The notes under the pieces: model-generated
Database searches by the model: none
The model's input: only the letters and a program-made list of their open reading frames with translations
Told to the model about the DNA's origin: nothing
Origin: a virus
Taxonomy: Duplodnaviria; Caudoviricetes
Reading direction: 5' to 3' (one strand)
IMG/VR virus record: IMGVR_UViG_3300005713_000002
Span: 1-45,388 of that record
DNA length: 45,388 bases
Made by a program: the position numbers and the translations under genes
Part shown: positions 27,776-35,986 of the stretch, piece by piece
Layout: the number at the start of each line of letters is the position of its first letter
How positions within the stretch are numbered: position 1 is the stretch's first letter

Positions 27776-30700
27776 ATGAGGACGCGCAATCATCGCATCA
27801 CGACGCAGGTGGACTGGCCGGGCCGCACCCAGGCCAACCATCCCGTGGCGCTCGAGGGGCCGGAGGGGCCGACCGGTCCTACGGGGCCGCCCGGCGCCGA
27901 TGGCGCGGACGGGGCGACTGGCCCGGAAGGCCCGATGGGGGCGACCGGGGCCACCGGCCCGACGGGCGCCACGGGGCCTGCGGGCGCGACGGGGCCGGCT
28001 GGCGCCACCGGGCCGACCGGCGCGACCGGCGCGGACGGCCCCATCGGCCCCACCGGCGCGACCGGCGCGACGGGGCCGGCCGGGGCGATGGGACCCGAAG
28101 GCCCGGCAGGGCCGGAAGGCCCGGCGGGGCCGGCCGGCACCTCCGTCACCATCGAGGGCAGTGTCCCCACCGAGGACGACCTCCCGGCGACCGGGACGCC
28201 GGGGGAGGGGTGGATTACCGCCGACACGGGGCATCTCTGGGTCTGGGACTCGGCGACCAGCAGCTGGGTCGATGTGGGGCTGATCCAGGGGCCGGCCGGG
28301 CCGGCTGGCCCGACGGGTCCCACCGGCCCGGAAGGGCCGATGGGGCCGGAAGGCCCGACCGGGGCGACCGGCGCGACCGGCGCTACCGGGGCGACGGGAC
28401 CGGAGGGTCCCACGGGGGCGACCGGGCCGGCTGGCCCGACTGGCGCCACCGGGGCGACCGGAGCCACAGGGGCCACTGGGCCTGCGGGTCCGACTGGCCC
28501 TGAGGGGCCGATTGCCGCGCCCGATGCGCTCTACTGGGTCTCGACGCCGCACGCCGAGCTGACCGACGAGGTCGATCTCGGCGCGCTCGCCTCCGGGTAC
28601 GTGAAGATCACCAGCAGCGCGGGGGTGGCGACCCCGAGCAGCGTGGCGACGATCCCGGCGGCCGATGGCGGCACGGGCGTCACCACTGGGCTGACGGTGC
28701 TCAATGCGAGTAACCTCACGTCAGGGACGGTGCCGGATGCCCGCTTCCCGGCGACGCTCCCCGCCGTCTCGGGCGCCAACCTCACGAACCTCAACGCCAG
28801 TGCGCTGAGCAGCGGCACCGTGCCCGACGCGCGGTTCCCGGCGACGCTCCCCGCCCTCAGCGGGGCGAATCTCACGAACCTCGACGCGAGCGACCTCGCC
28901 AGCGGCACGGTGCCCGATGCCCGGTTCCCCGCGACGCTCCCGGCCATCAGCGGGGCCAACCTCACCAACCTCGATGCGAGTGACCTCGCGAGTGGGACGG
29001 TCCCCGATGCGCGGTTTCCCGCGACGCTGCCGGCGCTGAGCGGGGCGAACCTGACCAACCTGGACGCCAGCGACCTCAGTAGCGGCACCGTCCCTGACGC
29101 CCGCCTCAGTGGCAACGTCGTCCTGACCACCGACGCCCGGCTCAGTGACGCCCGCACGCCCACGGCCCATGCGACCAGCCATCAGCCAGGCGGGAGTGAT
29201 GCGATGGCGGTCGATGCCGCGGCGGCGACCGGCAGTCTCCGCACCTTGGGGACGAGTGCCACCAGCGCGTGCGCCGGCAACGACGGGCGCTTGTCGGATG
29301 CGCGCACCCCGACCGCGCACGCCAGCAGCCACGCCAGCGCGGGGAGCGACCCGGTGACCGTGACCGGGCTGGCGGGCTTTCCCGGCGGGACGACGACGTT
29401 CCTCCGGGCGGACGGCAGCTTTGCCACGCCACCCGGTGGGAGCGGCACGCCGGGCGGCTCGACCACCCAGGTGCAGTTCAACGACGCGGGCAGCTTCGGC
29501 GGCGACAGCGGGCTGACCTTCGACAAGACGACCGACCTGCTCTCGACCGGGCTGCTGCACGTGACCTCGCCCGGCAATCACGGGATCGGCCCCTCGCGGA
29601 ACGCCGACTACGTCTTCTGGATGAATGGCACCTACAGCGGCGTGACGGGCAGTATCGCCTACGGCTTCTCGATGAGCACGACCCTGGCCCTGCCGGTCAA
29701 CGCCTTCGCCGTCGGCATCAACGTGGCGCCGGGCTGGGTGCGGGCGGCGAGCGGCACCCATCCCATCACGGCCAGCCTCTTCGTCCAGCCGGGTTCGATC
29801 ACCGGCAGCGGAGCCACGATCACCGACGCCAGCACGGTCTACATCAGCGGGGCACCGACCTGGGGCACCAGCAACTACGCCATCCACGTCGGGGCGGGCG
29901 AGACGCGCCTTGACGGAGTGCTCAATGTCACCTCCGCCGGCCCGCACGCGCTCGGCCCGAACCGCCACGCGGGCATCGGCGTCTGGGTCAGCGGCGACCT
30001 CACCGACGCTGGGGGCACCTCGCAGGCGTTGACCGTCACGACGACGCTGCATCCGGCGGTCAACGGCTCTGGCTTCGGCGTCAACATCCTGCCGACCTAT
30101 GCGAAGGCGGCCAGTGGCACGCATCCGGTCTTTAGCTCGGTCTATCTGCAAGCCCTCGCGGTGACCGGCAGCGGGGCGACGCTCACCGAAGCCACGACAC
30201 TCTACGTCAGCGGTGCCCCGACCGCCGGGACCAGCAACTACGCCATCCACGTCGCGGCGGGCACCACGCGCCTCGACGGGACGTTGCTCTTCGGCGCGGC
30301 GGGCAATATCCTGATCAACACGGCCGATGGCAGCGATACGCAGGCGCTGACGCTGTGTCCAGGCGGCGCCGCCAGCCAAAGTCGTGGGGCGGTACTCCAG
30401 TTGTACGGCAACGAGGGGGGGGCCGGCTGGTTGCAGCTATTTGCCGGCAACGTGGCCGGGTCCGCCATCGCCTTCTACCGGGCGGACGGCACGGCCAGCG
30501 TGTCGATGTCGGGCAGCGATGGGAGCCTGTCGCTGGTCTCCAGTGCCTCCAACGCCATCACCTGGAACAGCACGTATACCGATGGGGGCTACATCATCTA
30601 CCAGAAGAGCGGCACGGCCAAGGGCTATATCGGCTCGGCCAGCCTGCTTGGCGCGGGCACGAACACCGATTTCGGGGTGCGGGCGGTCGGCAATTTGTAT

Positions 30701-31096
30701 CTGCTGGCGGACGCCGATGGGGTGTTCGCGCCCAAGGTCTACAGCGGGACGACCGGCACGTCGCAGAATGTGGCCGTCGATACCACCGGCCAGCTCCGCC
30801 GCTCGACCTCGTCGCGCCGCTACAAGCAGGCGATCGAGCCGCTCGACGGCTGGCAGCACCTGCTGGCGCTGCAGCCGGTGTCTTTCGCGCACATCAACGA
30901 CCACGGCGTGCGGCGGGTCGGCCTGATCGCCGAGGAGGTGGCCGCGGTCGATCCCCGCCTGGCGGTCTTCGGTGCCGATGGCCAGCCGGAGGAGGTCTGC
31001 TACACGCACCTCACCGCCCCGCTCCTCGCGGCCATCCAGGACCTGCACGCGCGGCTGGCCGCGCTCGAAAGGACGAGACCGTATGGCGCTGTCTGA
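27776..31096 (+). CDS. Tail fibre with collagen repeats and C-terminal intramolecular chaperone (peptidase S74-like)
   Basis: G-X-Y runs and internal repeats; C-terminal [12 protein letters not shown]...GLIAEEV...[12 protein letters not shown] plus coiled coil. Confidence 0.88.
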   Translation: MRTRNHRITTQVDWPGRTQANHPVALEGPEGPTGPTGPPGADGADGATGPEGPMGATGATGPTGATGPAGATGPAGATGPTGATGADGPIGPTGATGATGPAGAMGPEGPAGPEGPAGPAGTSVTIEGSVPTEDDLPATGTPGEGWITADTGHLWVWDSATSSWVDVGLIQGPAGPAGPTGPTGPEGPMGPEGPTGATGATGATGATGPEGPTGATGPAGPTGATGATGATGATGPAGPTGPEGPIAAPDALYWVSTPHAELTDEVDLGALASGYVKITSSAGVATPSSVATIPAADGGTGVTTGLTVLNASNLTSGTVPDARFPATLPAVSGANLTNLNASALSSGTVPDARFPATLPALSGANLTNLDASDLASGTVPDARFPATLPAISGANLTNLDASDLASGTVPDARFPATLPALSGANLTNLDASDLSSGTVPDARLSGNVVLTTDARLSDARTPTAHATSHQPGGSDAMAVDAAAATGSLRTLGTSATSACAGNDGRLSDARTPTAHASSHASAGSDPVTVTGLAGFPGGTTTFLRADGSFATPPGGSGTPGGSTTQVQFNDAGSFGGDSGLTFDKTTDLLSTGLLHVTSPGNHGIGPSRNADYVFWMNGTYSGVTGSIAYGFSMSTTLALPVNAFAVGINVAPGWVRAASGTHPITASLFVQPGSITGSGATITDASTVYISGAPTWGTSNYAIHVGAGETRLDGVLNVTSAGPHALGPNRHAGIGVWVSGDLTDAGGTSQALTVTTTLHPAVNGSGFGVNILPTYAKAASGTHPVFSSVYLQALAVTGSGATLTEATTLYVSGAPTAGTSNYAIHVAAGTTRLDGTLLFGAAGNILINTADGSDTQALTLCPGGAASQSRGAVLQLYGNEGGAGWLQLFAGNVAGSAIAFYRADGTASVSMSGSDGSLSLVSSASNAITWNSTYTDGGYIIYQKSGTAKGYIGSASLLGAGTNTDFGVRAVGNLYLLADADGVFAPKVYSGTTGTSQNVAVDTTGQLRRSTSSRRYKQAIEPLDGWQHLLALQPVSFAHINDHGVRRVGLIAEEVAAVDPRLAVFGADGQPEEVCYTHLTAPLLAAIQDLHARLAALERTRPYGAV
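27857..28510 (+). repeat. Collagen-like Gly-X-Y coding repeats, two blocks (27857-28141 and 28289-28510)
   Basis: [12 protein letters not shown] triplets interrupted by a ~49-aa globular insert. Confidence 0.95.
28700..29107 (+). repeat. 90-bp (30-aa) tandem repeat, ~4.5 copies, in the tail fibre
   Basis: L(N/D)[25 protein letters not shown] units start at 28700, 28790, 28880, 28970 and 29060. Confidence 0.93.
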
Positions 31097-31430
31097 ATCC
31101 GCGCTGCAGATGACGCTCGCGCGCGACCCGAATTTCCTCACCCGCTTGAGCTATCTCTTGGTACAGCAAGCGAGAATCGTCAAGGACGAGGCGCTCGACA
31201 CGCCGCAGCACCTCGCCCGCAGTAACTATGCGACCAGTGTCATCAACAACCCGACTGGCATGGCCCCGCCGGCCGCCATCATGGTGACCGGGGGGCCGAA
31301 TCTCATCGGCACCGTCACCCTCGAAGACACCGGCCCGGCGACCTCCGCCACCGACGCGGCGATCCTGGCGCAGGTGGCCGCCTTCTGGACGGCCCTCAGT
31401 GGCGCGGACTCCCAGGTGCCGCCGCCATGA
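31083..31430 (+). CDS. Hypothetical protein (fibre-associated)
   Basis: [12 protein letters not shown] start overlaps the fibre end; in the operon. Confidence 0.7.
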   Translation: MALSESALQMTLARDPNFLTRLSYLLVQQARIVKDEALDTPQHLARSNYATSVINNPTGMAPPAAIMVTGGPNLIGTVTLEDTGPATSATDAAILAQVAAFWTALSGADSQVPPP

Positions 31431-31645
31431 CCGCCAACGGCGTCACCCCACTCGACCCGCTCGACTACTGGCGGCTGCGCGCCCTGACCGCGGATCTGGA
31501 CGCCGCGCAGGCGCGGCTGGAGGCGCTGCGCACGCGCCGGCAGGCGCTCTGGGCGGCGCTCGCCGAGAAGTATCACCTGGAGGCGGCCGGCGCCTATGCC
31601 GCGCGCGACGAGGACTGCGCGCTGCTCGCGACGCCGCCCCCCTGA
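31427..31645 (+). CDS. Small coiled-coil hypothetical protein
   Basis: ATGA overlap; heptad-like LTADLDAAQARLEALR. Confidence 0.65.
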   Translation: MTANGVTPLDPLDYWRLRALTADLDAAQARLEALRTRRQALWAALAEKYHLEAAGAYAARDEDCALLATPPP

Positions 31646-31657
31646 CGGGAGGACCGC

Positions 31658-31786
31658 ATGCTCGACCTGATTCTGCTCGTGTTCGCCTTCGTCTGTTTCG
31701 TCCTGGCGGCGGTCGGCGTGCCGGCGCCGCGGGTCAACCTGCTGGCCGTCGGGCTGGCGGCGTGGGTGCTGTCGCTGATCGTCTAG
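31658..31786 (+). CDS. 42-aa two-TM membrane peptide, possible holin (not in the ORF track)
   Basis: MLDLILLVFAFVCFVLAAVGVPAPRVNLLAVGLAAWVLSLIV; GGAGG RBS; last gene of the late operon. Confidence 0.7.
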   Translation: MLDLILLVFAFVCFVLAAVGVPAPRVNLLAVGLAAWVLSLIV

Positions 31787-32025
31787 CGGCTGCGCTCCTC
31801 GAGCTGTTTGAGGCGGGCATCGAGGATGCCTTCGACGCGGTGCAGTTCCGCGCGCCAGAGATCGCGCATGTCGTCGAAGCGGGTGTTGAGCGCGGCGAAC
31901 CCCTGCAGCATCCGCTGCTCGAGCGCCTCGCTGCGTTGGACCAAGGTGCGAGAGACGAACAGGACGAGGACGGTATTGGTGATGAGCGGCAGGGCGACGG
32001 CGAGAAACAGTTGCTCGTTCGTCAT
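31783..32025 (-). CDS. Small membrane-anchored coiled-coil protein
   Basis: N-terminal TM segment, then RFDDMRDLWRAELHRVEGILDARLKQLEER; GGAGGAG RBS. Confidence 0.8.
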   Translation of the reverse strand: MTNEQLFLAVALPLITNTVLVLFVSRTLVQRSEALEQRMLQGFAALNTRFDDMRDLWRAELHRVEGILDARLKQLEERSR

Positions 32026-32220
32026 TCACTCCTCCGTGGGTTTCTTCACCTTGGCCGCCGCCTTCGCTGCCGCCCGCGCTTTGGCCCAGCGCACGCGCGC
32101 CGCGTAGCTCGCATAGGCGTGGCGCTCTTTGGGGGGAATGGCCTCGAGCACGGTGGCGGCGCGGGCCAGGCCGCCCTTCCGGCCGAGGCTGACGGCGGCG
32201 GGATTCTTCCGTTTCGGCAT
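32026..32220 (-). CDS. 64-aa basic protein (NPAAVSLGRKGG...AA.VRW), candidate autoregulatory repressor
   Basis: Highly basic; preceded by an extended -10 TGgTAGACT 6 nt before the ATG and by an operator-like site. Confidence 0.75.
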   Translation of the reverse strand: MPKRKNPAAVSLGRKGGLARAATVLEAIPPKERHAYASYAARVRWAKARAAAKAAAKVKKPTEE

Positions 32221-32226
32221 GATCCC

Positions 32227-32253
32227 AGTCTACCACACGCTACCGCTAGGGCA
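32227..32253 (-). promoter_or_regulatory. Leaderless promoter of gene 32026-32220 with operator copy
   Basis: Minus-strand TGnTAGACT (plus 32227-32235); cgctaccgctagggca at 32238-32253. Confidence 0.6.
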
Positions 32254-32299
32254 GGGCCACGGGGCCGGCCGAATCCGTGTCAGGCTGTGCAGATCGGGC

Positions 32300-32328
32300 T
32301 TGACAGTGCGCTACCGCTAGGGCATACT
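32300..32328 (+). promoter_or_regulatory. Sigma70-type promoter with operator in the spacer
   Basis: TTGACA-17 bp-CATACT; the spacer carries tgcgctaccgctagggcata; ATG at 32335. Confidence 0.8.
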
Positions 32329-32334
32329 GGACCC

Positions 32335-32535
32335 ATGACATCCAAACTGCGAACGATCCGCGCCACCGCTCGATACCGTGACCTCTGCGCGGAGTTGGCG
32401 CGCTACGACGATGGCACGGGCGACCTGGGCATCATCATCGCGCAGGCGCTCGTCGATGATCCGCAGGCCACGGCCACCGCCATCGCCGCCATCATTGATG
32501 AAGCACGCGCGGAGTGGGCACAGGAGAAACGGTAA
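32335..32535 (+). CDS. Hypothetical protein (66 aa, leaderless)
   Basis: MTSKLRTIRAT...WAQEKR; ATG 6 nt after the -10 box. Confidence 0.7.
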   Translation: MTSKLRTIRATARYRDLCAELARYDDGTGDLGIIIAQALVDDPQATATAIAAIIDEARAEWAQEKR

Positions 32536-32615
32536 TCTCACAGACGCGCCGCGGCAGTGGATGGAACCCACCGCCGCAGCGCTGACACAGCCGCATCGAA
32601 TGGAGGATGCCAGCC

Positions 32616-33020
32616 ATGCTGTCGCCAAGCCTAACCCACTATGCCCCCTGGAATGAACACGATGGCGAGCGCGCCCGCTGCGGCGCGCGGGTCACCGACG
32701 ACTTGAAGCACAGTCTGACGCCGACCTGCCCGGTGTGCGCGGCCTCGCTCGCGGCCGAGGAGCCGGCGGCGGCCGAGACGCCCGCGCCGTTGGCCGCCGA
32801 GCTGTTCGCGTTCGCCACCACGCTGAATTGTGTCTACGCGCACGCCGTGCAGCGCCAGGCGGTCGTCGCCAAGCAGCGCGCCCGGCTCGAGCGGTATCAC
32901 GTCGAGTATGAGCGCTGGCTCGAGCACGCCGGCCCGAAGCCGTGCCGCGAGGTGTTTGAGGACGACATGGACGATCTGGCGGCGGAGCTCGCGGACTGTG
33001 ATCGCCGGAGGCCGGCATGA
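32616..33020 (+). CDS. Hypothetical protein with a Zn-finger-like N-terminus
   Basis: H...RARCG...TCPVC; GGAGG RBS. Confidence 0.65.
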   Translation: MLSPSLTHYAPWNEHDGERARCGARVTDDLKHSLTPTCPVCAASLAAEEPAAAETPAPLAAELFAFATTLNCVYAHAVQRQAVVAKQRARLERYHVEYERWLEHAGPKPCREVFEDDMDDLAAELADCDRRRPA

Positions 33021-33226
33021 CCGTGCGCGAGCTGATCGATCTGCTGGCCGAGTATCCCGACGACACGCCGGTGTTCCACTGGCGCGGCGAGGACCTGCAC
33101 GCGCGGCAGGTCACCGACATGGCGTATGACGACTGGGACCACGCGACGCGCGGGACCGACGCGGAGGGGGTGGCGTGGGAGACGCCGGCCGTGGGGCGCG
33201 GCGTCCACCTCGGGCGGCGGTGGTAA
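33017..33226 (+). CDS. Hypothetical phage protein
   Basis: MTVRELIDLLAEYPDDTPV is a common small-phage-protein start; ATGA overlap. Confidence 0.75.
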   Translation: MTVRELIDLLAEYPDDTPVFHWRGEDLHARQVTDMAYDDWDHATRGTDAEGVAWETPAVGRGVHLGRRW

Positions 33227-33234
33227 TGGACTCG

Positions 33235-33396
33235 AAAGGAGACCACAGGGTCGCGCGGGAATCCTGTGGTCTTCTGGTGCGTCCGTGCCGGCCATGCCAT
33301 GCCGCGCCAAGCCTGACCCCACCAGGCCAGACCTTACCGTACCGGCCATGCTGAGCCAGGGCACGCCATCTTGTCTGATCGACGGAAGGACGTGCA
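33235..33396 (-). ncRNA. Candidate ncRNA built of GGY-NN pentamers (VIPR-RNA-like)
   Basis: Minus strand GGTAC GGTAA GGTCT GGCCT GGTGG GGTCA GGCTT GGCGC GGCAT GGCAT GGC (33343-33291) plus degenerate flanking units. Upstream TGcTATTGT and downstream hairpin. Ends are inferred. Confidence 0.6.
33240..33272. terminator. Stem-loop between convergent units, probable terminator or RNA 3' hairpin
   Basis: Perfect 10-bp stem agaccacagg (33240-49)/cctgtggtct (33263-72). Only a short U-tract (cctttc) follows on the minus strand. Confidence 0.55.
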
Positions 33397-33402
33397 GGAG
33401 AG

Positions 33403-33411
33403 ACAATAGCA
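33403..33411 (-). promoter_or_regulatory. Extended -10 promoter candidate for the GGY-NN RNA
   Basis: Minus-strand TGCTATTGT, ~35 nt upstream of the array. Confidence 0.45.
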
Positions 33412-33454
33412 GGGAAGCGGCGAGCGGGCGAGACGGACGCGAAAACGGCCCCAA

Positions 33455-33682
33455 AATGTTGCACCACGGTTGCACTGGGTCCGAGGGTCACGCAGAAATA
33501 GGCCGATGAATACAGGCGAATTACATCGCATGATCCAGCCCAACGAGTGCTCGACAGATGGCCGGCGATATGGCCTGATTCCATGAATTCCTAGGAAATC
33601 AGCCGATCCTGTCTGTCAGCATCCGTCGTCCCCCCGTAGCAACCCGCATGAATGTTGCACTGGCGTTGCACCACGGTTGCAC
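33455..33682. other. Probable attP region with integrase arm-type direct repeats
   Basis: GTTGCAC at 33458, 33469, 33654, 33665 and 33676 (11-bp spacing). The 18-mer gttgcaccacggttgcac occurs at 33458 and 33665. Non-coding, directly after the integrase stop. Confidence 0.7.
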
Positions 33683-33689
33683 ACACAAA

Positions 33690-34781
33690 TCAGGCCCATT
33701 TCCGCCCCGTCTGCAGGTCGAGGTCGATGCCCAGATACTCGGCCATCTGGTCGAGTGATCCCCAGTTGCCGAGTAGTTGGATCGTGCGGATGTCCACCTG
33801 GTGTTCCCGCAGCAGGCGCGTGGCCCCGCTGGCGCGCGTGGCGGTGTGCCAGACGATGCCGTCCCCTTTGAGACCCCACGGGAGACCGGCCCGCGTCGCG
33901 GCCGTGCGGAACTTCCGTCGCAGCAGGAAGCCAGGTCGCGTCGGTTCGTCATAGCGCGCGAACGTCGCGTGCCACTTCGGAAAGAAATAGCCGTCCGCTG
34001 TTTTCGGCATGCGCGCTCTCAGCACCTTGGCTGCACGTCGCTGCAAGACCGTCGGTCCCGTCAACGGCACGGCATAGGGACCGGTTTTGCTCTCGACGAC
34101 GAGCCGGTCGCCGCGATGCTCGCTCCGGCGCAGGTCGATGAGATTGCGCTGCCGGAGCAGCGTGCCGACGCCGACCACATACAGATCATGCAGCTCTGGA
34201 TCAGCGGCCTTCAGTGCCGTGAGCAACGCTGGTTCCTCCTGGGCAATGATCGTGCGCTTCGCTTTCATCTTGACATGCGTACGCTTGACGGTGATGAGCG
34301 GGTTGTACTCCAGGGTCTCGCCGACCGCCGTCTGGAGGATGGCCTTGGCGATGGCCAGCTCACGGCCGAGCGTGTTCTTGGAGACGCCATCCCGCTGCGT
34401 GCGCAACGTCACATACTCCTGCCAGCGTTGCGGCGTGATCGCCTCAAGCGGAGAGGTGCCGAAGCAGCGGCGGAGCGGGCGCAGTTTCCAGCGTTCCTGC
34501 TCCGCGCCCTTGTGCTGCGGCAGGACGTGGGTCTCATACCAGTCGGCCTGCTGGTCGAAGGTCACGGTCGGCGCCAGCGTGACGCGCGGCAGGTCCCACT
34601 GATCGCGCGCCTGGTCGCCCAGTGCCGCGTTGTAGATCGTTTCCGCGAGTTTCCAGTTCTCGGCGGTTTGTTTCGGCGTCGGGCCGGTCTTCAGGATCGG
34701 CGTGCAGAAGCGCTTGCCGCCCCGGCCGGGCATGCAGATCCAGAGATACTTCGACGTGGGGCGTGCGTAGGGACCAGCCAT
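33690..34781 (-). CDS. int: Tyrosine recombinase/integrase
   Basis: TLLRQRNLIDLR (R), ESKTG (K), WHTATR (H/R), LLGNW and MAEYL (Y); SAM-like core-binding region. Start at ATG 34781 with GGAG RBS. Confidence 0.88.
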   Translation of the reverse strand: MAGPYARPTSKYLWICMPGRGGKRFCTPILKTGPTPKQTAENWKLAETIYNAALGDQARDQWDLPRVTLAPTVTFDQQADWYETHVLPQHKGAEQERWKLRPLRRCFGTSPLEAITPQRWQEYVTLRTQRDGVSKNTLGRELAIAKAILQTAVGETLEYNPLITVKRTHVKMKAKRTIIAQEEPALLTALKAADPELHDLYVVGVGTLLRQRNLIDLRRSEHRGDRLVVESKTGPYAVPLTGPTVLQRRAAKVLRARMPKTADGYFFPKWHATFARYDEPTRPGFLLRRKFRTAATRAGLPWGLKGDGIVWHTATRASGATRLLREHQVDIRTIQLLGNWGSLDQMAEYLGIDLDLQTGRKWA

Positions 34782-34836
34782 TGGGGACTCCGTGGGGCTC
34801 CGGGGGCAGGGGGCGGGACGCCGACGCGGGATCGTC

Positions 34837-35340
34837 TCAGGGCACCTTCGGTTTGTGCAGGAGCCGGAGTCGGCGGCGTTTGTCCAGGCGGGCCACCACG
34901 CGCAACTGCTCGCGGACCCAGGCCGGCTGGACCTCGATGGGGTCGGTCGCGTCGAAGCTCGCCCGGGACTCGGACGGCTCCGCGTGTGACGCGTCGAGGA
35001 TCTCATCGAGGGACAAGCCGCCGATGCCGCGGGCGAGCGGATGCAGGCCGCCCATCTGCACGGACCGGGCCGGCAGTTCCTGCCGGATCCCGATCGCCAG
35101 CTCGCGGACGATCGGTGGCGACAGCAACGGCACGGTCAGCATGGACGGCGGCGGCACCCGCTCGGCGAGCAGTGCCTGCCGACGCACGCGCCGGAAGATG
35201 AACCGGAGCAATCGGGAGCCATCGTCGGACGCGCGACACTGACCTGGCATCGCTCGGAGTTGGTCGGCGAGGTATTCGATGTGCAGTTGGGCGTCATCGT
35301 TGAGAACCTCGATTTTTCGGATCAGGCGGCGTGGGATCAT
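34837..35340 (-). CDS. Hypothetical protein between repressor and integrase
   Basis: GGAG RBS before MIPRRLIRK; co-oriented with cI and int. Confidence 0.55.
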   Translation of the reverse strand: MIPRRLIRKIEVLNDDAQLHIEYLADQLRAMPGQCRASDDGSRLLRFIFRRVRRQALLAERVPPPSMLTVPLLSPPIVRELAIGIRQELPARSVQMGGLHPLARGIGGLSLDEILDASHAEPSESRASFDATDPIEVQPAWVREQLRVVARLDKRRRLRLLHKPKVP

Positions 35341-35836
35341 CGCTACTCCCTGTGTCCACCTCGGTGCGCAATGACTCCGCATGCGTCTTGATGTAGTGAA
35401 AGTTGGATAAGATGAACGTTTTTTGTTGCTGTGTCAACGCAGCCCAGCCGTCCAGCAACGGGAGGAACTGCGGATCGAGCAGCGCCGCGCCGGCCTCGGT
35501 CACTTCCTGCAGCGCCCAGATGCGGTTCTTGAGGGGCCGCGGGGCGTCGTGGTACCAGTTGCCGATCACGTAGTCCTCCTCCCACCAGTTCCGCACCCGC
35601 GGGTCGATCGTGTCATCACTCTCCAACCGTTTCATGCTGAGGCCCAGCGCCTCCGCAATGCGATGCACCCTTTCCGTCTGGGTCACTTTGGTCCCGGTTT
35701 CACAGCCGCGCACGGTCGCCACGGTCACATGCGCCTTGCGCGCCAGCGTCGTGCGGGACCAGTGCTTGGCGAGTCGGGCCTCCGCGATCTTTTTTCCGAG
35801 CGCCAGCAGCGCCTTGCGCGCTTTCGCTTTCGGCAT
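35294..35836 (-). CDS. CI-like XRE-family HTH repressor
   Basis: LGKKIAEARLAKHWSRTTLARKAHVTVATVRGCETG...IAEALG; divergent from the Cro-like gene. Confidence 0.85.
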   Translation of the reverse strand: MPKAKARKALLALGKKIAEARLAKHWSRTTLARKAHVTVATVRGCETGTKVTQTERVHRIAEALGLSMKRLESDDTIDPRVRNWWEEDYVIGNWYHDAPRPLKNRIWALQEVTEAGAALLDPQFLPLLDGWAALTQQQKTFILSNFHYIKTHAESLRTEVDTGSSDDPTPPDPKNRGSQR

Positions 35837-35932
35837 CTCGGCATTGTTGGGGTCGCCGGGATCGGGGTCAACGCCAGGAGCCTCAGGCAACAACAAATGA
35901 TCCCGGCGCACAGCAAAGAGATACCGCAGAAC

Positions 35933-35966
35933 TTGACAATCCGCAAGCGGTCATAAATAATGACCG
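35933..35966 (+). promoter_or_regulatory. PR-like early promoter with overlapping palindromic operator
   Basis: TTGACA(35933-38)-17 bp-AATAAT(35956-61); inverted repeat CGGTCAT-N5-ATGACCG at 35948-35966. Confidence 0.75.
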
Positions 35967-35986
35967 TCACGGTCAGAACACGAGCA

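Noticed and set aside
27790-28476. Antisense collagen-like ORF
   Set aside because: Mirror of the GGN-CCN collagen codons on the plus strand; no independent signals.
27776-31096. BPP-1-type diversity-generating retroelement acting on the tail fibre
   Set aside because: No reverse transcriptase or Avd-like gene was recognised. The internal fibre duplications differ at all bases rather than only at adenines, and there is no non-coding template repeat.
32897-33584. ORFs crossing the GGY-NN array and attP (32897-33475, 33111-33584, 33126-33509, 33334-33543)
   Set aside because: They overlap real genes or att repeats, lack clear RBSs, and the 5-nt periodicity argues against coding.
34782-35006. 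75-aa N-terminal extension of the integrase in the ORF track
   Set aside because: Low-complexity and overlaps the upstream gene; ATG 34781 has a proper RBS.
34837-35340. Candidate RAMP/Cas7-like effector for the GGY-NN RNA, based on its GIGG motif
   Set aside because: The sequence looks mostly helical, with no recognisable RRM strands or C-terminal glycine-rich loop. Not supportable without structure prediction.
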